Below, in pieces: positions 20,301 through 33,050 of a stretch of 64,000 nt of DNA. The translations under genes were made by a program, and so were the position numbers. Source of the DNA: Hydrolagus affinis (taxonomy: Eukaryota); assembly GCA_012026655.1 (NCBI GenBank), contig JAAILG010000022.1:1-64000 (forward strand), written 5' to 3'. Every line of letters starts with the position of its first letter. Position 1 is the first letter of the stretch. The notes beneath the pieces were generated by a model that ran no database searches, was not told the DNA's origin, and saw only the letters and a program-made list of their open reading frames with translations.

Positions 20301-22619
20301 ATTATAAAGTGGTTAGTAATAATACTACACTTGCTTTCATCTCAAAGGTATAATAATGTTTCACTGTACATTCATTTTACATAATATTGAAGAATTAAGT
20401 TATAACCCACAGCAAACGAAAATAAACTTGCTTGTCAAGAATACTATTCTATGATCATAACAAAGGGTAGCTCCTGAAACCTGAGAATGTGAACATCTGG
20501 ATCATGTTAGTAGTTTCAAATGACAGATGTGCTTTATTTATAATTGTGACAGAGTACTGTTGTAGTCAATAGCATGAATATTTATTTTGGTTACCTCATC
20601 TGCATTCTACAATGCAGATACATAAAATCTTCAGAGAGTACAGGGATATTTAATAAGGGGTAAAAACCTATTTACATTTTTAATTTACCAAGAATAGAAT
20701 TCAAAAATGAGTTACTCATTAGTTTCAAATCTGTCCAGCTATTTTCCAAAGCTAAAATATTGTACAGCAATGAATACTGGAAGAAAATTTCATGTTTCTA
20801 ATTAAAGCAAGTTTTCTTCTTTGAAAATAATAATAACTGGCATTTTTATACAGTAATGCCTTTCATGTAAATTAAACATCTATGAGCACTTTAATTATAA
20901 TCATAATTCGGTATAAAGTACAGTTTAAAAATTTCTCAAAACACAAGATACTCTTAATAATTCAGAGAGAATTTATCAAACAGCAGACTGATAAACTGTG
21001 CCTACTCTGTGGTGCCATGCCAAGTCTCAGGACATTAGGGAAAACTATGTTTCTGAGCATACTAAATCTAGTTGTAAAATGCCTTGTTTAACAAAGCTGT
21101 ACCGATGATACAAAGCAAGTTTAGCCCAGGGTTATTTTAGTGCCTTATGCTGATGAATTTGTTGAGTACTACCTTAGGTCCAGGCTTACTTCCACTTACT
21201 TTAAATACCGTGTGTTCTTTCAAGGAAACATTGTAAAATCATTGAATTTATCACTTTATTTGTGAGCAATGACATTTTCTGATAATTACAGTATTACATT
21301 GCCTTTACTTTCTCTACAAAATTCAAATTCCACATCAATATCTAATTATTTCAATTTCAGTCAATGATTACTTTTCCACCATGTCATATATTTCCAATTA
21401 AATTGATTTACTCTTCCCATCATCTCATTTTCCACCATTTATTTTACTTTTCTGTCAGCTAACTTGTGAGTTAGATTTACATTGTTCTCAATTTCATGTG
21501 TCTTTCCTCCTGCCCCTCCACTTGTAGTTTAAATAATTAATTACCTCTTCACATATGGTAACTTTTAACTCACAAGCAAAAAGAATAGAAGTTCCATTCT
21601 GTCTTTTGTCTGGGGATGATTTATATTACATGACCATAAAATAACAATAAAAGAGTATCTTTTTAATTGGAAAATTATGGACCTTTTGATCACAGAATGA
21701 GTATTTTAATAACTATGGAAATTAATTTTAAGTAGTATACCAATGAAGTTCCACTGCACTCCATGATATGAGTTTTAAATGGTGCAATAACAGATATAAA
21801 GCATCAATGTGGATTTAATTTCACCCACACTTGTTAAAGTACACAGTGCATGCCAATCCCTTGAGTTATAAAAACTTGATTTATAAATAAACAATGGTTT
21901 GCAGGCTTAATGAAGTATAATGACAAGTGGATGTGTTATTCCACTCCTGCCTTTGAACAAGCTACATGTCAGGTAGCCTGCATTCTTTCACTCTTGTACT
22001 GACAGATGGCATGTGGCCCTTTAAAACGTTGTACGCAAAAGGAGGTTTGTGAGATCAATTACAATTTCCTCTTCCACACAGGAACAATTGCAAACATTAC
22101 CTTTAGATTGTTTGGGGCTTTTCCACCAAAAGCAGTGTACGACAAATCTATTTAAATATTTAAAAAGGGATCAACAAACACTATTTGGCAAATTGAAATA
22201 TCAGTGATCATTGTTTTTATATTCCTAACAAATTCGCAGAATTGTGATGCCATTTCAAAAGCAGACAGGTACATGGCAGTGTAAAACTTTTTCGACCGCA
22301 GGGTTAATTGTTTTTATGTGTGTATTCAATTTTTCAATGGTAATATTGGGATTGGTAAATTACGAACATTGTTCTGGGAATGATCTGCTCTCAAATCTGT
22401 CCGACCCGTTTAATCTACACTAACAATGCTCCTCAGATATTCACCTTGTAATGTTATTTAATCCACAAAACGCAATGTAGATTCACTCAGTCCTTTAATT
22501 CAAACTTTAGAAGTCAACCTCTTTCAAATCAATATCTTTTAAACCCTCTTTCAAATCTGCAAGTCACTCTTCCCAGAATCTTTTTATACTTGCATCATCC
22601 ATATTCAATCTGCCACTTA

Positions 22620-23340
22620 TACCATTAAAGCAATATGCTTTATTGCTCTATTTTAGTTTTTCCTTTCTTTTTTTCAATCTTGTTCTATCATTCTTTGTGG
22701 TCCTTTTGTTTCTCTTCCGCATCTGGTTGTTCTCACAGTTGCTGCTTTTCCCTTTTCTCCTGTTTTTTCGTCATTGTTCTTTGTTTGATCTCCCATGATG
22801 TTCATCTATATATCTTTTCTTTTTCATCTTTTACCCAATAGGATCTGGGATTCTTATCCTTCTCCCAAATTTTTCCTTTGATCCAGCGTTCCGTTTTTAC
22901 GGCTTCTCCTTTTTGAAAGGTTTATTCTTCTGTGGTTCTTGCTGTTGGTTCTTCTCATTTCTTTGTGTCTGTGTCTGTGATCTCAATTTTTTCTTTTATT
23001 AATCCTTTCTTTCCAAGCACCTGTTTATATTGTCCTCCTATTTCTTCCATCTCACTTGGTTCACTTTCAAAAAATTTTTTTAACATTCCCATTTTAATTA
23101 TATCTTCCAATCCAAATGAAGTATCAGCTTTTATTTAGAAAATGTAGAATTTATTCTATATTGTCTCCTTTTGTATATCACTTCTTTCTCTACACTGCCC
23201 ACTGTTTCAATTTTTTCTTTGTTATATGCCATTAGTCTACCTTTCCCTTTCTCCCATTTTATTCTTATTTGGTTCTCCCGATTTTATATATTCTTCCCGT
23301 GCCATTACACTGACCTGTGCTTCTGCATCTAATTTGCACT
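22620..23340 (-). mobile_element. Decayed LTR-retrotransposon (Ty3/Gypsy-like) protease region
   Basis: Minus-strand translation CKLDAEAQVSVMARE (degenerate LD[TS]GAxxS), then GRLMAYNKEKIETVGSVEKEVIYK. Strong purine skew, with frameshifts and stops. Confidence 0.55.
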
Positions 23341-24914
23341 AATGTGATATTCACCTCAGACATCTTTGTAATGTGTCTCAACAAAAGCACCAACTTAATG
23401 CTGAGTAACGCTTACAGAATCATTACATGCTAGATTGAGAGTCTCCAAGTTTGTTAAAGAACCCTTATAGATAACCAAGTGAGACCTTCAACTCACCTGT
23501 TTCGACTGTACTCAAATCCAACAGATTCCAGCGCTGAGATGAATGTTTCAGCCACTGTACTACCCAATAATGTGCAATATTTAGTTGTTACATTAACTTT
23601 CAAAACGGTCATGAGTTATCCTACATTGTAAACTATAAAACAGGTGATTTCAAAAATGATATGCTTCTGTCAAGTTTATTTTAAAAAGTGTGTAAAATCA
23701 ATCATGAACTATGCATATTTGTGTTATTAAGCAGAAGATGTGAAATCATAAGGATTTGTTTTAGATTATCTTAACCTGTCCCAGTATTACCTGTTCAACT
23801 GCTCTTCCTATTAATTACATCAAAGGAACCTTCAAAGCAAACCTTACATAACTTCAACTGCCTGAATCATTCTGCAATTCTATTCTGCATGTAGATTCAT
23901 GTGTAGATTCCTCAACATAACAATATACAGGACATAATAGATATGGCATCAAGACAGTTCGAATGCATTTTTCTAACTTGTGATGAATCGTAGAAGTTTG
24001 TGTCATAACACATAAGGTTTACTCTAGGAGACCGACACAAGATTCATTCTATTCAGTTTAATTTCATTCAATTTAAATTAATTAACAACTGCAGTACATG
24101 AAATGGTCATCACCATTCCGGAATGGTCATCACCACTGAGGAATAATTTTACCTCGTGATTACTACACATTTCCACTGTAAGTATTTGATCTAGGGCAAA
24201 GCAGAATGCAAATGTTTTGGGACATTCATCCTATGTGAAAGGCATTGTAATAAATCTAAGTTTTACAATTGTTAAAAAGGTAAAGCAGTTTCACTGATTA
24301 CTTTAGCTAAAGTTTGGAATGAAACTGAAACAAAGAAGTTCTTTGGTAGTTCAATGTGGAGAAATAGGCTACATTTTCATCATGTCATTAAGAAAATATT
24401 CAGCAGCTTGCTATTTCAGACTGCACCACACCTGTTTAACAAGACTCAGATCCACAGATAAGGTACAGGTATGTCTATGGTCTAAACAAAACAAAAGGTT
24501 TCAATAATGCATATATTTTTGTTTATGGAGGATGCTGTTTGAAGTAGGCAATGGGCACTGGGAAAACAACTTTTCACTGAATCTGTTTTGATTCAGTTTA
24601 GGCCTCAACTCATTTACAGACAAATGGTGTACATTATTTGTGATGTTTCCAAACATAACTGAAACACAGTAATGGCCTCACACAGCTGACATAGGTCTAT
24701 TTTGTATTTTGCTACTTGTAAATAAAAATTCTCCATCCACTAGCTAATTGTGAATGGATATGTCAAACAAAACAATCAATCAAATGATGTTTCGTTTTTG
24801 CTTGGACCAAATTTACTGACTGTCAGTATTGGATGTTCATGTCTGTGTTGCCTGGTTTGAGTAAAAGACATACTCTTGTAAATTAATATTTTGTTTCTTG
24901 AAATGCACTTTTCA

Positions 24915-25110
24915 TGGAGTTCTGCAGCTCAATGGTTAGAGCACTTGCCACGCAAGCGAGAAACCTGGGATCAATTCCCAGCAGGGTGTAATGTTGGGCA
25001 AGTTTCCATAGTCCACATACCTCTGTTTGCCTAGCAGTAATTAGGAACCTGGTTGTTTGTCGATTGGAGGATTGCTTATCTGGGGATAATAATGAAAGGA
25101 TGATTATTAT
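24915..25110 (+). mobile_element. Deu-type SINE 5' half (tRNA head), internally deleted
   Basis: gcagctcaatggttagagcacttgcc...gggatcaattccc head plus body, followed by a tail-like aaggatgattattatta. Confidence 0.8.
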
Positions 25111-25160
25111 TACAGTACCCAGTAATCTTACTTGAGTTATACAATAACCAGGGTAATTCT

Positions 25161-25330
25161 TAATAATAATCCTTGAATTTGACATAGCGCCTTATTACGC
25201 CTTTGCAACGTCTCAAAGCGCTTCACAGAATATACTGTATATTTTGTGGGCGAAACATGGCAGCCAATTGTGCGTAGCAGTTTCCCACAGACAGTAGTGG
25301 ATTGAGTGACCAATTTTTTGAAGGAATAAT
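25161..25330 (-). mobile_element. Deu-type SINE 3' half
   Basis: Family match on the minus strand. Confidence 0.85.
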
Positions 25331-27489
25331 GTTTGTATATACATTTGAGCAAACTATTTTCAATTATTTGGGTATTTTCATTAATTGCTAATGGCTCTAT
25401 GTTAGTAGGAGATGACAGCATAGCACCAGCTGTACACCCTATGTCATATTAATATAGAACAAGATACTTGAGTTAATCAATAAAATGTTTTCTTTAAGAT
25501 AAAATACTGATACGATGAGGCTACCAAACATTATTATCACAGTTTGTATACACTAGTTAGTTGTCTGTTTCAAAGTATTTGCACCAGTTGTTTCACTACA
25601 GATCCAATTTGTTGGTAATCTTAGTTGCCAATCATTATATACCTTATCTTAAACATGCAAATTCTGTCTGTTTCATCTTGGGTTGTGGAATGATGCCAAG
25701 CTACAGTAGTTGTCAATCCATTGGAGCTAGTTTATTACATACCATCACTCCCCAGTGTCAATGCTGTACCAAGTAAATACTGCAGAAGAGAGGAACATAC
25801 AAGAGCACAAGAGACTACAATATTTGCTGCATTGGGACAATCCCATTTTGCAGTCTGTTGTGAAGTGCTGCATTGAATCAACAAAATACCTATAATAATG
25901 TTTGCCAACAAATAGACAGTCACTATACCTGATTAATTCCCTATACAGTGCTTTCAGATATACTGACATTATACTAAATATAATAATAACCAATCACAAT
26001 GTATATTATTTTCACTGAATATTCCCCAAGGTATAGATTAGATCACTAGAGAATGAAACATCTACTCAATGGTCAATGATAGCACCAAGCTTATCCTGAT
26101 TGAAATAGCTAAGAACACAAGGTTTCCATTGCCTGAACTAAAGTACCTTAATCCCAATATCAGACAAGGACTTCCTGCTATACAATTCCACATTATCATT
26201 TTTAACATACTAGCGTTCTGGGGGTTGAAATTATATGCACTGTACTGCAATGTGGCACAGAAGGCAATGAATGGAATTCGCAAAATTAATGCATATAAAG
26301 TGCGACATTCTTCATTGAAAAACTGGAACATATCACCATAAGCAGTTGTAGAAATTCACCCACCTTCTGCTTGGAGATCCATTCAAAATAAGTTTTATAG
26401 AAAAAAAGTTTAGGAAAAAACTTTTTGCTCCACATAAATTCTCTAAATGTCACCAGAAATGGCTCAAAAATGATTTTTCGAATGCTGTAGGTAGAAAGCT
26501 TTGATGATTGTTTTAAATGACTCCAATTGCAAGAACAGGAACACTTCACTGATTGTGAAGTGGCAGACATTGTTCAGATGATGAAGCAATTTTTCAAGGG
26601 TTTTTGATTTCTCTGTGCCATCAGCTAGTACTCTCTATGGCACTGCATGTAATCAAGTCTGTTCTAGCATGTCTGAAACAGGTTTTTTGTGTATAAAAAA
26701 GCTGATAGGCAGCTTTGATCAAGATGCGATACTGAAAAGCTTGTGCATGCAATGTCAAAGCGAAATCAGACTTTAAATCTTGCACGAATGTTTTTGCTGC
26801 AAATGTCACAGAGAAAATATTAAAAGACATGAAGGTTTACTGTCAGCCAGTGTCAAAAAACAAGACTACTTGCTACAAAGTAAATAGTTGAGTTTTTGTA
26901 ATAAATGTACACACTGCAGTGGACGCATGACCAAGTGTTGACCAGATAGGTATGTCATTTTGCAATAAAATATCCCAAACATAGTACTTATCTGATCAAG
27001 AAAGATATCTATCGTAATATGTACAGACTCATAGGTGTAACGTGTGACTGTCGGTTCAAGATGGCATGGTAATTGAACCTAAATGATCCTTCTTTCTAAG
27101 ACATTCAAAAGCATATATTATTATCTTAAACAAGAAAATATAAGCTACATGCTCATGCATCTCATTTTTATAAATAACACACTGATTCTTTATTAAATAA
27201 AAGTTAAATAGGCAATTTAAATATTGTTACTTATGGGTTCAGTTCTAAGGGTTCAAACATATAGCATAGCACATTAGTTAGTTATTTCCAAACTGAGTAT
27301 TAAAGCTACACGTATGTTTCAAAAGTGAATACCAGGGTGTGCTTTTGGATTAAGAATAAAAATAAATTATCATATTATCAGTTGAAACATTTCTGATATT
27401 ATGAGCTGAACATTACAAGAAGTTTACGGAAAATTATTTAGCTCCTATACTTAAGATTGATACGGAACTTTCTGAATCAATTCCCCCTT

Positions 27490-27715
27490 GAACAACAACA
27501 AATTACATTTAAAGAGCGCCTTTCACATCAGGGAGATGTCCCAAGGTGCTTTAAGGCATGAAGATAAAAGTAGTCATTTATTTTGTGGCTGTTTGTGGGA
27601 CATTGTTTTGTGCACATTTGCTGCACATTTCCCCACAAAAACATTACTCACTTCCTAGTAATCTTGTAAAATAGTAGTAAGGCACTGTATCAAATGCAAG
27701 GATTATTAAGGATTA
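27490..27715. mobile_element. L2 tail (minus, 27490-27565) plus SINE 3' half (plus, 27575-27715)
   Basis: Family matches. Confidence 0.7.
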
Positions 27716-29935
27716 ATATGATGAAGATATCTGTACAATCTATTTGAATGGATTTCTTACACAAATCAAACATATATTCAAAATACAAACCAAAATATCA
27801 CTCTTTGAATATTGCATTTTCAACAGAAATAAATTATTATTTTTATACTTTGCTTCAAAATTGCCAAATGCTCTAACAAAGCAGGTACAATTGCAGTGAT
27901 CTGCGTGATTTGCATTTTACATCAATTACAGAATTGCATATTGGATTTCATTTCCTGTTTGATTCAGTGCCGGAAGAATAGAATTAAGGTGATTTGGTGT
28001 TTTGAGCAACTTTTCATAATGGGAGAGCAGCTGATGGAGGTCTAGTTTTTTTCTGTTTCCTTTTGCTGAGATACTAGTGATTGATATTCATCATATTTAA
28101 CATTTTAGTTGAGTTTGTTGTCTATTACGTACCAATCATATTTAGAGTGTCTGGCACCACCGACCATAACGCACATCACTTGATCAACTTTCTGATAAGG
28201 CCTATTCAGAACCATTGGGTGGAACGAAACACACGGTTATTTATGCACGCCATTTTCTTTGTTTGATGTAGTGTGTTAACAACCAAGAACATCGAAGGAT
28301 TCTCTTCATGTCAGTGCAAGTAATGTCTCTGAACTCGATTCCTCCCAGTTCACAATGTTCACCTTCGAGAGAACAATGTTCTCCTGTCATTGTTGAATTC
28401 AAGCTTTAAGAAGGAATGTTCCTTATTTATATTCTGCTGCACATTTTAAAATATATATATTTTAAATATAGCTTTTGAAAATTTTAAAACACATCAAGAT
28501 CCATAGAAATACCTCTGAACCCTAATGCCTTTGCCTAAGAAGATAAAATCTTTATTGGCAATGTGACATTTTGAGTGTTCATCAGAGCTATCCCATGGTT
28601 TCTCTGAGCAAAGTTGCAAATCTATTTGCAATAAATTCTTACTTATAGATAGTTTTGTGCAACCACTGGAATTTTTTTATTGAGACTCCACAAACTCAAA
28701 AATAATTTTGTGTTGAATACTGTACTTACATACTTTTTACCCATCTGTCTCAGCTTGAAAAAAATGACCATGTTTCAACTCATTGTATTGCCAGATTCAG
28801 CTCTTTACATACCTAGCGATAGATAAAATCAGTGAAAATTTATCAACCACATTATTGAAAGACATAAATGCAAGTCATAGCTCAATAAAATGCAACATTC
28901 TGATAAGCTGAGTGTAGTATTTCCAAATACAGTTGAGAATATTTTGATTTAATTCTATAGATATCCTTATGTTACAGACAGCAGCACACTGCTATAGCAG
29001 CAAAGGCAACATCAATTGAACCAAACTAGGCAGATTTCCAGGAAAACATAGCATCAATGCCAGACTTTCACATTTACTGTGTGGTCTTCTCCTTCAATTG
29101 ATCTGTTGATCTTTCATTCAGTGATTTATTAAGTGAGATAACAAAGATTCTTATTTTATTATATTTGACTTCAGGGAGCAGAGACAGGAGAAAGTGAAAT
29201 TATAATGCATGGTTCTTTTTGCTTTTATATAGTTGGATTTTTTTTAAGTTAACTTAAACTCAAATACGCTTTATTTCTTTTGACCTTTTTAATTTTTTTA
29301 ATTGTCTTAATTATCTTAGTTCTTTGTTCGCTTTACCCACTGTCATTCTACAGGACCACAGTCGCAGGATCTTACAAAAAAAATTTGAAAATGTGAAAAT
29401 CACTGGAATTAATTTAGGTGGGTGGAATAAGGCTAATTAACAACAGACCGAATGAGCGAAACTCACAAAAGTTTACATTTAACTCAGGGCAGCCGTGAGG
29501 AACTAGATATGTACCATGTAAACTATGTGAATAAGCAGTGAAATTTGATTTTTTCCACTTAACCCCTTCCTGCTGAAAAGCTCCAGATATTTTTCAACAT
29601 TTTAATGGATATCTACATTGGTCACTTTGGGTGGGATAAGGTTAGAGTTTATTAAGGGTCAAAGGTTATGAATTAGCTTGATTAAAAGTCTTTCCCCAAA
29701 TGCAGATTTAGTTTGATTACAAACTAGATCTTTTTCCTGCTCAATGGATATTCTTTAATTCCCTTGTCTCTTTTCTGTAGATCTAGGACAGCTGGTTTCA
29801 GGACTGGCATTGACAGCTGCATATAATTCCAAAGTATACCATACTCTATTGCTATGGATTGGTTGTTATCCAATGTTCATATAAATACTTGCAAAACAAA
29901 GAAAACACTGCAATAACAATTTATGGAAGTACCTG

Positions 29936-30238
29936 AACAACAACAACAAAATTACATTTGTAGAGCATCTTTCACATCAGGAGGACGTCCCAAGGCGCTG
30001 AAGTCTACATACAGTAGCAAGGTAGCATTTTTGAGCAACGTGTTTTATTAACCTCCTTCAAATCTCTCCTCAAGACTGTTCTCTTCGAGGGTCCTATCGG
30101 TCACCCCAAATCCTCCCCTTTCCCTCCACCACCGTCCCACACCATCCCCGACACCAGCTCAGGTCTGAAACAATGACTGTCCAGCCAGCGCCTTGGGACG
30201 TCCTCCTGACGTGAAAGACACTGTAATTTTGTTGTTGT
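29936..30238. mobile_element. Two L2 3' ends in opposite orientation
   Basis: Minus tail at 29936-30001 and plus fragment at 30050-30238. Confidence 0.8.
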
Positions 30239-30577
30239 TAAATATTACCTTGGTTTTAAACTAGGATTTAACATTGGTTCCTTATTTCATCTTCCATATA
30301 AACCTGTGCCAACACACTTGGAAGATATATTACTAAGGGTTGTAGTCATCAGATATCATTTCAGCTCTGGTGCTGTGGGTCTGTATCCCTTTCTATAAGT
30401 GAGAATAAAATCACACATTTTTTTAATACACAAAGTTAAAGTCCAGAAGTTTTATTGCAACTCTCAGTAAGTAAACATTATATGCATAAAACTATCCAAA
30501 TCATACAATTCAAAATGAATCAAATGAATTAATTATTTCACTAATAATTTGCTCCTCTCTCTCTGTCTCTATCTTTT

Positions 30578-31135
30578 TAGGAACATAGGAACAGAAGTTG
30601 GTCATTCAATCCCTCAAGCCTGTTCCACGATTCTACTAGATGGCTGATCTGTACATCATATATCCTCTTTTGCTCCATATCCTTTGATTTCATTACATAA
30701 CAAAAATCGATCTGTCTTGAAAATTTGAATTGATCCAGCATTCACAGCCTTTTGGGAGAAAGAGTTCCAGATTTCCTCTACACTTTGTGTGAAAATGTGC
30801 TACCTGATTTCACTCCTAAATCGCGTAACTCTATTGTGCCCCCTTGTTCTGGATTCTTCCAGCAGAGGAATTAGTTTCTCTATATCTACGCTATCAAATC
30901 TTTCTATCATTTTAAACACCTCAATTAGATCATCATTCGGTCTTCTAAACGTAAGGGAATACAAGCCAAGTTTACGCAACCTTTCCCCATAATTTAACCC
31001 TTTAAGCCTTCGTATCATTCTAATGAATTTTACTGCACCCCCTCCAGGGCCAATTTATTTTCCTGAGGTGCGGTGTCTAAAACTGAACGCGGTTCTTCAG
31101 TTGAGGCCTGACCAAGAATCTGAACAACTGAAGCA
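30578..31135 (-). mobile_element. CR1 LINE 3' fragment
   Basis: ORF 30800..31018 (LKGLNYGERLRKLGLYSL...DLIEVFKMI...SRTRGH) is the CR1 ORF2 C-terminus; gttcctatgttcc tail. Confidence 0.9.
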
Positions 31136-32159
31136 TCGTTTCACTATAATATCCCACTTTCTGTCCTCTACTTGTAAACCTTTCTCTTTGTTTACCAGGT
31201 ATTTACTTCCTTCTACCAGTCACATTCTTCGTGCGTGTTTGCGACAGCCGATCTGCATTAAATCTGTGTCCTTTTTATTTAATCTTTTTTTAGATGTACA
31301 CATTTTAAGTGTTAACACCCTTTCAGTCCTGCACTTAGGCTGAAATTGTAGGAAGTCACTTAATAAAAGGTGTTAATTGAAGAGCTATTTTAGACCGGAT
31401 GGTAGATGCAAATTATATCCAGTTGAGTAAGTTCGTGCATCGGTCAGGAAAATATTTTATATAAGTGCAACAAGAAGACAAAGGCAGTGACAGAATGTGG
31501 GCTTTGAACTAAATGCTATGTGTATGAATGGCCAGTGTGCCACTTTGAAGTTTGAGGAAACACTGTTTTGTAGCAATATGTTTGGGTTTATTGTAGGGAA
31601 CCCTGCGGAATCACGCTTAAATCTATAATGACCCAGCATTGAATACACCTGTGAAAACAGTACTATTTTACATAACCTATGGCATCTCCGGACACAGCAT
31701 TATACTGCTGTCATGTGATGTTTATTATTTCTAAAATAATATTGCTTACATTTGATTTAACACCTAGAATGTAGAAACGTCACAGACAGCAACATACAGA
31801 GAGCAGACTGTAATGTGAAATAGGTCAATTGATTTCAATACACTAAGTAACTTTTATTTTGGGGGGAAAAGTAGTTTAAAATATATGAAATAGTTGCTAC
31901 ATTTTCTTTCAGGAAATATTCATTATAGCTGAGGATGGTGCCCTCTTTCTGTGTGAAACTCTGTGCGATTGACTGCCAGTAACTGTGCTGGCTCATCCAA
32001 GCTATTATTTTCAGAACAGTCATTTGAGGAATTACTTTTAGTATATAGAATTCAGAGGAATGCATATTAAAGTGGCATTTGTTGCAGTAAACAATGGCAA
32101 TGAACATGGTTGTCTTTGAAAGGATGTAATTTAAAATACAGCAGATCATTTTCAATATT

Positions 32160-32345
32160 AAAGTTAAACCGGGGTTCCGTTTGCCTGTTCAGGTGGATGT
32201 TAAAAATCCCATGTCACTATTTGAAAAGAGAAGGGAGTTTCTCCTAGTCCTCTGGCAAACAAATACATTTTGTTACTCATTCTATGGCTGGTTGTGGAAT
32301 ATTGCTGTGCACAAACCAGCTATCGATTTTCACCCATAAAATACG
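32160..32345 (+). mobile_element. Older DeuSINE core (SacSINE1/AmnSINE1-like)
   Basis: gttaaaccgggg...gcctgttcaggtggatgttaaaaatcccatg...gggagtttctcc resembles the Deu domain as I recall it. Confidence 0.65.
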
Positions 32346-32765
32346 GAGTCACTCTTTGGGAATTGTAAAGATAGAGGATGGAAAATAAATTATTATTAGT
32401 AGTAGTATTATTTGGTTAGCTGGATGTTTCTCACATGTAGAAATACCTTTTTGTTTTTAAAAAAGTATCAAAACCAAGCTGAGATTTCCATGCATCCCAC
32501 CTACACATGGAAATCCCAGAGATAGATTGTTGGAATTGGAATGTCCACTGTCTCCCTGAGGGATTCACCCTGCTGACCCCGCTCACCCTGCTTACCCTGC
32601 TTACCTAATTCCAGAGAGTATGAGGCACAGATTGGCAAGACCCAAGGTTTGGGGACATGAGAGCCAGGCTGGTTGCAATGTCATCAGCAGTGTAGACCCG
32701 TGAGTTCAGCTCCTAGGAGACCTGTTTACCTCCCTCACGAAGGAGGATAGTTAATAGTTAGTCAT

Positions 32766-33000
32766 TCAACATGCGACAAGTGTGGGTTTGAGCCTCACTA
32801 TGTGGATGATCGGTACAAGAAACTCCCTGCGAGCTTCCCGGTGGGCAATGTATCCCAGCATGAAATGTGTGAAAGCATTGCCACCATCTTCCTGTCTGCA
32901 GCTCAGGTACAATCCCTTCCCGATTGTTCTACCAAGCACCAGTTGTTTGCATCTCTGCAGGTCAGTCAAGGTAGATATCAGATGCTGGACATACAAACGT
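32766..33000 (-). mobile_element. Decayed non-LTR retrotransposon ORF2 C-terminal zinc-knuckle region
   Basis: LSCRQEDGGNAFTHFMLGYIAHREARREFL resembles the CxxC...ExxxHFxLxCxxYxxxR motif. Confidence 0.4.
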
Positions 33001-33050
33001 CAAAGGAAGCCTCTCCACTGCATCTCCAGGAGCTCAAACAGTCCTCCTTT

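Noticed and set aside
26062-26830. Cluster of 70-95 aa ORFs
   Set aside because: No recognisable motifs; lengths are compatible with chance
32479-32519. 14-bp stem hairpin (and the 16-bp palindrome at 24112-24127)
   Set aside because: Too short to separate from chance or a tiny MITE relic; no supporting context
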